Positions 42,060-49,165 of a stretch of DNA of 64,000 nucleotides are shown here, one piece after another. A program made the translations under genes and the position numbers. A model generated the notes under the pieces. It saw nothing but the letters and a program-made list of their open reading frames with translations, did no database searches and had not been told where the DNA came from. The number at the start of each line of letters is the position of its first letter. The first letter of the stretch is position 1. Source of the stretch: Bacteroidota bacterium (GTDB taxonomy: Bacteria; Bacteroidota; Ignavibacteria; UBA10030; UBA8401); contig JAUXTU010000057.1 of NCBI GenBank assembly GCA_030679145.1, forward strand, positions 1,220 through 65,219, given 5' to 3'.

Positions 42060-42396
42060 ACATGGAGATTTTGAAAACCCTACAAAGTCAGCGTATTCCG
42101 TAGAGCGTTATGAATCAAGTTGGGAACTTGAATACATGAGAAAATTAGAGAGAGACAAAACAGTAGTCAAATGGACAAAGAATCACGGAATTACAATTGA
42201 GTTTATTACTGAAGCGGGAAATAAACGCGGTTACCGTCCTGATTTTTTAGTTGAAAAAGTTGATGGTGTAAAAGAAATCCATGAGGTAAAAGGCACACAT
42301 TTTCTTGAAAATCCTGACACTATTCGAAAACATGAGCGTGCTGGAACTTGGTGCAGGCAACGAGGGATGAATTTCATTGTAGTTACAAAAAAATAA
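42046..42396 (+). CDS. Stand-alone PD-(D/E)xK endonuclease (TnsA N-terminal/Res-nuclease-like)
   Basis: YESSWE..YM..LE, YRPDFLV, EVKG; ATG 42046 with GAAAGG RBS overlaps the helicase end by 14 nt. Confidence 0.8.
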   Translation: MPTSEHGDFENPTKSAYSVERYESSWELEYMRKLERDKTVVKWTKNHGITIEFITEAGNKRGYRPDFLVEKVDGVKEIHEVKGTHFLENPDTIRKHERAGTWCRQRGMNFIVVTKK

Positions 42397-42413
42397 AATA
42401 CTCCAGACAATTT

Positions 42414-42450
42414 AACGCCGAGGCAGGAATGTTCTCGGCGTTTTCATTTT
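42414..42450 (+). terminator. Terminator at the right side of the island
   Basis: AACGCCGAG/CTCGGCGTT stem followed by TTCATTTT. Confidence 0.65.
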
Positions 42451-42521
42451 CTCCTATGCTCAAATACTTGCTCTAATTCAGGATTTTCGTATCTTACCTA
42501 AGAATAATGAGAGGAAATAGG

Positions 42522-43553
42522 ATGCAAAACAACCAATTGGAGGTTACTTCGAAGCAATTTGAAGTGGTGAAAAGTATCGAAGGATTTGTTGATGAGAATC
42601 TTCCCACATTATTGAAACCGATATCTGAAAGCTGGCAGCCGAACGATCTACTTCCGGATATGCGTGCAGACGATTGGCGTGAACAAATTACTGAGTTTCG
42701 AAAGCGAGCGAAATCATTAACGGACGAAGTGCTGGTAGTTCTTGTCGGCGATATGGTAACCGAAGAAGCGTTGCCAAGTTATCAAACATGGCTCAATCGG
42801 TTTGATGGAATTAAAGACCCGACAGGCGATAGCCCTTCACCATGGGCAAAATGGAGCAGAGGGTGGACGGCGGAAGAGAATCGTCATGGCGATTTGTTGA
42901 ATAAATATTTATATCTCACCGGTCGGGTTGATATGCGTTCGGTGGAAACAACAGTACACCATCTTATTACAAACGGATTCAACACAAACTCAGGAAACGA
43001 TCCGTATCTTGGGTTTATTTATACTTCATTTCAAGAACGAGCAACAAAAATTTCACATCGCAATGTCGGTATCCTTGCCAAACGATGCGGTGATGAACAC
43101 CTTCATAAGATCTGTGGATTAATCGCTGGCGATGAAGCACGTCATGAAAAAGCATACAAGCTGTTTATGTCAAAAATCTTTGAAGTTGATCCCGCAAACG
43201 CAGTGTTGGCATTTGCCAACATGATGAAGAATAAAGTAACAATGCCGGCAAGTTTAATGAGCGACGGAAAAGATACTGATCTTTTTTCAAAATTCTCTAA
43301 TGTTGCGCAAAGAATAGGTGTATATACAGCAAAGGATTATTCAAGTATTATTTCAGCATTAGTTGAAGAATGGAAAATTGAAACGCTAAGCGGACTATCT
43401 GATGTTTCTGCAAAAGCGCAAGATTATTTGAGTACACTTGCTTCCCGTTATGAAAAAGTTGCTGAACGTTTGAAAATCAGCGGCTCGCCAAAATTTAGCT
43501 GGATTTTTGATCGCGAAATTGTTCTTGATACGCCAAAAATTCAAATGATATAA
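42522..43553 (+). CDS. Acyl-ACP desaturase (soluble diiron type)
   Basis: TEEALPSY, WTAEENRHG, YTSFQERAT, DEARHE; alternative start at 42507. Confidence 0.93.
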   Translation: MQNNQLEVTSKQFEVVKSIEGFVDENLPTLLKPISESWQPNDLLPDMRADDWREQITEFRKRAKSLTDEVLVVLVGDMVTEEALPSYQTWLNRFDGIKDPTGDSPSPWAKWSRGWTAEENRHGDLLNKYLYLTGRVDMRSVETTVHHLITNGFNTNSGNDPYLGFIYTSFQERATKISHRNVGILAKRCGDEHLHKICGLIAGDEARHEKAYKLFMSKIFEVDPANAVLAFANMMKNKVTMPASLMSDGKDTDLFSKFSNVAQRIGVYTAKDYSSIISALVEEWKIETLSGLSDVSAKAQDYLSTLASRYEKVAERLKISGSPKFSWIFDREIVLDTPKIQMI

Positions 43554-43564
43554 ATATCAGTAGA

Positions 43565-43765
43565 ATGAAACGTAATGAAAAAACAAATTCCGTTTGTCCG
43601 AAGTGTAACACGGTATTTGAGTGCGGAATCTCTGCAGGAAAAAATTCTTGTTGGTGTTTTGGCTATCAAAGTCTTGTGGCACCTGAATATGGCGAAGGGT
43701 GTTTCTGTGAAAAATGTCTAAAAGAGTTTATAGAAAAACAACATGAGCAGAGCACGAGTAAATAA
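43565..43765 (+). CDS. Cysteine-rich CWC family protein
   Basis: CPKC...FEC......CWC.......C.C..CL. Confidence 0.85.
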   Translation: MKRNEKTNSVCPKCNTVFECGISAGKNSCWCFGYQSLVAPEYGEGCFCEKCLKEFIEKQHEQSTSK

Positions 43766-43795
43766 TATTTTCAAATTGATTGTCGATTGTATTCT

Positions 43796-44161
43796 ATGAA
43801 AAAAGTCCTTGTTGTAGATGATGCTGAAGCAAATAGATTGCTTCTTGGAGCTATCCTTAAAAAATTGAAACTATCGGTTGAATATGCTGAAGATGGTGAT
43901 GAAGCAGTTCATAAATTCCTTCAGCTACAGCCCGATGTTGTCTTTATGGATCATATTTTGCCAACTAAAAATGGCGCTGACGCACTGCGGGAAATGAAGG
44001 ATCAGGATATAAAGTTCGTCGGCTTTTTGATGTCTGCATACTCTGACCCGGATCAAATTAAAATTATCTTTGAGTCTTCAGGTGCTGAGGAATTTATCCA
44101 TAAACCGATTGAATTTGTTAAGATTCAGAAATTGTTGAAGAAATACGGCATTATTTCTTGA
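43796..44161 (+). CDS. Single-domain response regulator (CheY-like)
   Basis: VVDD, VFMD phospho-acceptor, MSA, HKP; ATG 43796. Confidence 0.9.
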   Translation: MKKVLVVDDAEANRLLLGAILKKLKLSVEYAEDGDEAVHKFLQLQPDVVFMDHILPTKNGADALREMKDQDIKFVGFLMSAYSDPDQIKIIFESSGAEEFIHKPIEFVKIQKLLKKYGIIS

Positions 44162-44463
44162 TGTTAAAGTCAGTTATTCTTTGCGGCTATGTCAATTTTA
44201 AAAACATGAGATGATTCAATCTTAATTCAGATTCCATTTATTTATACTCTCAACGCGGCCATGATGAAGCGCTCAAAAATAGGTAATCTAAGTAAATAGA
44301 ACTTATAGATATTTTTTTGAAAATCATTTCGAGCAGCATATTATTATATCAGACTTTTTACTCTGAATCCAAAAAGATTGTCTCCCAAGGGTGTGATTTT
44401 TATTGTGCGACATTGTTTGTAATAGTTATTTTCCCGACATTGACTCACTAATCGGAGGTGTTG

Positions 44464-45222
44464 ATGGGACAACAACAACAGATTTTGATCGTGCTCGGAA
44501 TGTTAATTGTTTCAATTGCAGTTTCTACGGGAATAAAAGCATTTCAAGAAAACTCTGAAGCGTTATACCTTTCGCAAATTGAGCAAGATCTCCAATATCT
44601 GGCTACAAAAGCCATGGAATATTATAAATCACCGGAGCATTTAGGGGGTGGCGATAATTCTTTTTCCCGAATTCCAAGTGGAACCACTGATCTGAAAAAA
44701 TATTTTGGAGTAAGTGATAATTCCAGTGGTGGTAATTCTTCTGCAACATATCAAATAACAAGTGCTTCCCCTTCAAGCCTCACCATTCAAGCAGATGGTC
44801 TTATTCCTCTTCGAACAGAAAATTTTCCACGATATACCGTCACGATTACAGGTACTTCATACAAAATAGAAAAGACAAATGTAGCAGCTAGTTCTTCAGA
44901 TTCTCCAGTTACACCAACAACACCGGTTACTCCTGTTGCACCAGTAACTCCAGTTACACCAACAACACCGGTTACTCCTGTTGCACCAGTAACTCCAGTT
45001 ACACCAACAACACCAGTTGCACCAGTAACTCCTGTTGCACCAACAACACCGGTTACTCCAGTAGCACCAGTGACTCCAGTTACACCAACAACACCAGTTG
45101 CACCGGTTACTCCAGTTGCACCAGTCGCTCCAGCTACACCAGTTAAACCTTCTAAACCATCAAAGCCATCAAAACCAGCTAAACCATCAAAGCCAGAAAA
45201 GCCAGAAAAAAAAGGAAAATAA
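44464..45222 (+). CDS. Pilin-like membrane-anchored protein with a Pro-X-X repeat tail
   Basis: GGAGG RBS; N-terminal [23 protein letters not shown] hydrophobic helix; ~110-aa globular part; then 34 Pro-X-X triplets. Confidence 0.6.
   Translation: MGQQQQILIVLGMLIVSIAVSTGIKAFQENSEALYLSQIEQDLQYLATKAMEYYKSPEHLGGGDNSFSRIPSGTTDLKKYFGVSDNSSGGNSSATYQITSASPSSLTIQADGLIPLRTENFPRYTVTITGTSYKIEKTNVAASSSDSPVTPTTPVTPVAPVTPVTPTTPVTPVAPVTPVTPTTPVAPVTPVAPTTPVTPVAPVTPVTPTTPVAPVTPVAPVAPATPVKPSKPSKPSKPAKPSKPEKPEKKGK
44905..45210 (+). repeat. Coding tandem repeat: 34 degenerate 9-bp units with a higher-order 45-bp unit
   Basis: CCAGTTACACCAACAACACCGGTTACTCCTGTTGCACCAGTAACT at 44905-44949 and 44950-44994, then variants encoding PVT/PTT/PVA and later PSK/PEK. 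Confidence 0.95.
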
Positions 45223-45326
45223 ATGGCTTCAAGTTTTTTTAAATCGATTTATTCACCGACGAAATTTTTGCTTACTATGTGTCTTGAAATATTTAACTGA
45301 ATTTTTAAAAGTCTCATAAGGATACG

Positions 45327-45746
45327 ATGAAACCACTTTATCATTCTCTTTTTAATATTTTTTGGGATGGAGTATTCATTATACTATCGGCTATTCTTTT
45401 ATTTGAACTTCCCGCTTATATTTATGCTCCAACGGATCAGAAATTTATGGATTACCAGCTCTTTCTTATCCCCCTCATCATCTTGAGTATAATGGTTTTT
45501 TATTCTTTAGCACTACGATTTATCGTCATTTATCCATCCGTGGTAGTATTTAAAAAACCATTTGGTCTTACCAATAGAAAAATTTCTATCCCCAAAAAGA
45601 ACATAACACAGGTTGAGATCGAGTTAAACCAACGCCCGAAACTTACGGTGTATCATCATTCTGAAGGGACGTCAATTATTCTCTATGATAATGAAGTGGC
45701 ACAGATTAAAAAAGCCTTTGCACAAATTGACATTAATGTTGACTAA
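45327..45746 (+). CDS. Hypothetical membrane protein (two TM helices plus a small beta domain)
   Basis: Two hydrophobic segments followed by a PH-like strand pattern; AAGGA RBS. Confidence 0.55.
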   Translation: MKPLYHSLFNIFWDGVFIILSAILLFELPAYIYAPTDQKFMDYQLFLIPLIILSIMVFYSLALRFIVIYPSVVVFKKPFGLTNRKISIPKKNITQVEIELNQRPKLTVYHHSEGTSIILYDNEVAQIKKAFAQIDINVD

Positions 45747-45790
45747 TTGATAATTTCATTTACCAATTACAAAGAACACCTTACTTTAGT

Positions 45791-45930
45791 AGAAGCCATC
45801 TCAAAAATGAATTTTTTTGTCATTCCGAACGAAGTGAGGAATCTCGTTTTAATAATTGGAGGTAAAAACGAGGTTTCTCTAGCTGCGCATCTCGAAATGA
45901 CAATGATTAGGTATTTTTGAGAGGGCTTCT
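45791..45930. repeat. REP/MITE-like palindromic element
   Basis: Terminal inverted repeats AGAAGCCATCTCAAAAAT/ATTTTTGAGAGGGCTTCT enclose GTCATTCCGAACGAAGTGAGGAATCT...CGAAATGAC. Confidence 0.65.
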
Positions 45931-46035
45931 TAGATTTTTAGAGATTAAATACATCACCCAAGTATTGAATTTTCACAATAACTTCTTTATTGTAGTATTA
46001 CCAAACATATTCATAAACATATATAGTATCCTAAA

Positions 46036-46401
46036 ATGAAAAAAGCATTAATTGTCGATGATTCCGCTTACAATCGAACTTTGCTTCATGCTATCCTTCG
46101 GAAAAAAGGTCTATCCGTTGAAACTTCCGATAATGGGGAAGATGCAATTGCAAAGTTCACGCTTGTTAAGCCCGATATTGTATTTTTGGATTATATAATG
46201 CCTAAAAAATCCGGTGTTGAAGCATTGAGTGAAATGAAAAAATTGAATCCGGATTTTATTGGTATTATGCTCACATCCATTTCCGCAACGGAAGATGTGC
46301 AAGCGGCGAAAACGGCAGGAGCAAATGGGTATATTCTAAAACCATATGGAGCCGAAAAGATATACGAAGTATTGAAAAAATTTAATCTCATCGAAGAATA
46401 A
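46036..46401 (+). CDS. Single-domain response regulator (CheY-like), module 1
   Basis: IVDD, VFLD, MLTS, LKP. Confidence 0.92.
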   Translation: MKKALIVDDSAYNRTLLHAILRKKGLSVETSDNGEDAIAKFTLVKPDIVFLDYIMPKKSGVEALSEMKKLNPDFIGIMLTSISATEDVQAAKTAGANGYILKPYGAEKIYEVLKKFNLIEE

Positions 46402-46730
46402 TGGTCCCCAATTACGCTTGCCCGACATGCAATAAAAAATATTTTGATCCTCCATTTCTTTGTACCGATTGCGGAACAGAAATGGGGTGGAAATGTTCAT
46501 CGTGCAATCATGGCAATCCGTTAATATACAGACGTTGCGGCAAATGTGGAATGCCGATACCGATGGTGATTGCAGCGATGATAAAAGAAGGAAAACAATT
46601 ACGTATCATCAACATCCCTCAGTACAACGAAACCGATATCGGTGAGTTATTAGAAGAAGGTGAACGGCTCGTTGCCAAAAAAGAAATTCAAACGCTTACC
46701 CAAGTTGACCTTGATAAACTTTTCGAATGA
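46401..46730 (+). CDS. Double zinc-ribbon protein, module 1
   Basis: CPTC, CTDC, CSSC, CGKC; C-terminus TLTQVDLDKLFE; TAATG coupling to the regulator. Confidence 0.8.
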   Translation: MVPNYACPTCNKKYFDPPFLCTDCGTEMGWKCSSCNHGNPLIYRRCGKCGMPIPMVIAAMIKEGKQLRIINIPQYNETDIGELLEEGERLVAKKEIQTLTQVDLDKLFE

Positions 46731-46733
46731 CCT

Positions 46734-48437
46734 ATGTTTAACCGCGAAGATCTTCTCTTTCGAGACTACTGTGTCACCAATAAGATTCTAACGGAAGATC
46801 GTTGGAAACAATTTGTCGATACTGTTACCAATTATGGTATGAACGATGGTTTTTCTAAAGCACTCATTGAATTCAACTTCTTTTCCCCCGAAGATCTTGT
46901 CCACCATATCGGCAAAGCGTTCACACTTCCGGTAATGAAATTATATTCTGAGACAAGTTCTGCACCGCATGAGATGCTTTCCGTTACTTTCATCCGAAAA
47001 CACCGTGTGATCCCGATGTTTTTGTTTGGCAATGAATTGACAGTAGCATTTATTGATCCGCCGTATAAAAATGTGCTTGATGAGCTCGCAAAATTGACGC
47101 AAAAGAAAATTGTTCCGGTTATTTCTGCTGTAAATGATTTTGATGAAACATTGAAGATACAACAAGGCGGATTTGATGAACTAAAACGGATTGCAAGTGC
47201 GATTGATATTCAAAAATTTGATGTAGTTCGAACAGGTGAAAAAGAAGTTGATCGTCTCGAGAAAATCGGAGAATTTCCGCCATTGATCATGTTGATCGAT
47301 GAAATTTTCCTGCGAGCGATCAAGATCGGAGCGAGTGATATTCACATTGAGCCGTTCGAGGATGAATTACGACTTCGGTTCCGGCTTGATGGTGTGTTGC
47401 AGCGTGTCGCTTCCTTTCCGCAAAAAATTGCGGAAGGCATGGCTGCAGTGATCAAGACAAAAGCGGATATGGACATCTTTGAGAAAAAGAAACCTCAAGA
47501 TGGACGTATATCCTTGACGCTTGAGACGCGAGCATTTGATCTTCGTGTAAATTCGCTTCCAACGGTGAACGGTGAGAAGATCGTTCTGCGTATTCTCAAT
47601 AAGAGTTCCATTAATAAAAAGATCAACGATCTCGGGCTTGCTACTCATAATCTTGCAATGCTCAAACATTTGCTGAACCAGCCGAATGGGCTGCTTCTTG
47701 TAACCGGTCCGACCGGAAGCGGGAAAACGACAACATTGTATGCTGCGATCAATCATATCAAATCTGTTGAAAAGAATATTGTTACGGTAGAGAATCCTGT
47801 CGAATATCTTGTTGATACAGTTAATCAGGTGAATGTCGACCCTGACCGCGACTTAACTTTTGCTAGTGCGTTGCGGGCTATTTTGCGGCAAGATCCGGAT
47901 GTAGTTTTAGTCGGAGAAATCCGAGATTCTGAAACGGGAATTACTGCAACGGAAGCCGCGTTGACCGGACATTTGGTGTTGAGTACTCTTCATACAAACG
48001 ATGCGGTTGGTGCAATTCCCCGGTTGATCAATATGGGAGTTCCATCCTATTGGCTTGCACCGGCTTTGATTGGAGTTGTTGCGCAGCGATTGGTACGCAA
48101 GATTTGTGAGTACTGTAAAGATGAATATCAACCGACTGAAGAAGTATTTTATCGAGCCGGTTTAAGTAGTCTTTCAGGAAGAGCACCATTTTATCGTGGA
48201 ACAGGATGTAAAAGATGTAATTTCCAGGGATATAGCGGCAGGCTTGCTATCCACGAAGTGATTATTGTAAATGATGAGATTCAAAACTTGATCTATCAAA
48301 ATGAAACAACTACCAAGATCCGTGAAGCGGCTTTAAAGAGCGGGTTCCGAGATCTTCGTTTTGACGGATTAAAAAAAGTAATTGCCGGTTTAACGACACT
48401 GGATGAGATCCAACGAGTAACCCGTTCAGCATTGTAA
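46734..48437 (+). CDS. PilB/GspE-family secretion ATPase, module 1
   Basis: ASDIHIEP, PQDGR, GPTGSGKTTTLY, RQDPDVVLVGEIRD, GHLVLSTLHTN, C..C/C..C zinc motif. Confidence 0.92.
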   Translation: MFNREDLLFRDYCVTNKILTEDRWKQFVDTVTNYGMNDGFSKALIEFNFFSPEDLVHHIGKAFTLPVMKLYSETSSAPHEMLSVTFIRKHRVIPMFLFGNELTVAFIDPPYKNVLDELAKLTQKKIVPVISAVNDFDETLKIQQGGFDELKRIASAIDIQKFDVVRTGEKEVDRLEKIGEFPPLIMLIDEIFLRAIKIGASDIHIEPFEDELRLRFRLDGVLQRVASFPQKIAEGMAAVIKTKADMDIFEKKKPQDGRISLTLETRAFDLRVNSLPTVNGEKIVLRILNKSSINKKINDLGLATHNLAMLKHLLNQPNGLLLVTGPTGSGKTTTLYAAINHIKSVEKNIVTVENPVEYLVDTVNQVNVDPDRDLTFASALRAILRQDPDVVLVGEIRDSETGITATEAALTGHLVLSTLHTNDAVGAIPRLINMGVPSYWLAPALIGVVAQRLVRKICEYCKDEYQPTEEVFYRAGLSSLSGRAPFYRGTGCKRCNFQGYSGRLAIHEVIIVNDEIQNLIYQNETTTKIREAALKSGFRDLRFDGLKKVIAGLTTLDEIQRVTRSAL

Positions 48438-48453
48438 TCAAAGAAATCAAAAT

Positions 48454-48843
48454 ATGAAAATCGAAGATGTTTCTGTGTTAGTCGTTGATGATTCCGATCA
48501 TATCCGGACATTGTTTGCAATGACGCTTAAAAAGATGGGGATCATTAAAGTGCATTATGCTGCTGACGGCGCAGAAGGGTTGCTCCGTTTCAACAGCGAG
48601 AAACCGACCATTACATTTCTCGACAATATGCTGCCAAAACTTTCCGGTATGGAAGTTCTTAAAGAGATCCGCGCAGTAAAATCTGATGCAATTGTTGTTA
48701 TTGTTTCAGCAGTTTCAAGTATTGAAGTAGTACAGGAAGCGAAACGGAAAGGTGCAAGCTATTACCTTGTGAAACCGTATATGCCTTCAAAGATTGTAGA
48801 TCTCATCCAGAAATTATTGAATGTAGAAGGGAATGCACTATGA
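48454..48843 (+). CDS. Single-domain response regulator (CheY-like), module 2
   Basis: VVDD, TFLD, IVSA, VKP. Confidence 0.92.
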   Translation: MKIEDVSVLVVDDSDHIRTLFAMTLKKMGIIKVHYAADGAEGLLRFNSEKPTITFLDNMLPKLSGMEVLKEIRAVKSDAIVVIVSAVSSIEVVQEAKRKGASYYLVKPYMPSKIVDLIQKLLNVEGNAL

Positions 48844-49160
48844 TGTGTCCTTCGTGCGGGAATGATAATCCGCGCACAACGCCGGATTGTATTACATGTG
48901 GGAACAAGTTAACCGTGATTCGATGTAAATGCGGGTTCTTCAATTCTCTTATGGATTCATTTTGCGGTTCTTGTGGTAAACAATTAATGAAATCCAATAG
49001 CATTTCACGCACACAACGGTATGAATCTGGTTCCAATATCATCGCTCCATTTACAGAACAAGAATTAATGCGTATTGTTGAAGTTCATCAAATGCAGAGT
49101 CAGATAGATCAAAACAGCAATGTGGTATCGCAAATTGATATAGACAAACTTTTCGAATAA
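48840..49160 (+). CDS. Double zinc-ribbon protein, module 2
   Basis: CPSC, CITC, CKC, CGSC; C-terminus VVSQIDIDKLFE; ATGA coupling to the regulator. Confidence 0.8.
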   Translation: MMCPSCGNDNPRTTPDCITCGNKLTVIRCKCGFFNSLMDSFCGSCGKQLMKSNSISRTQRYESGSNIIAPFTEQELMRIVEVHQMQSQIDQNSNVVSQIDIDKLFE

Positions 49161-49165
49161 TCATT

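Noticed and set aside
42046-42396. TnsA-like ORF as part of a Tn7 transposon
   Set aside because: No TnsB, TnsC or TnsD and no transposon ends; the context and motifs match the nuclease part of a Res subunit
44905-45210. Possible CRISPR array
   Set aside because: The units are contiguous 9-bp multiples with no unique spacers, and they stay in frame as a Pro-X-X protein tail
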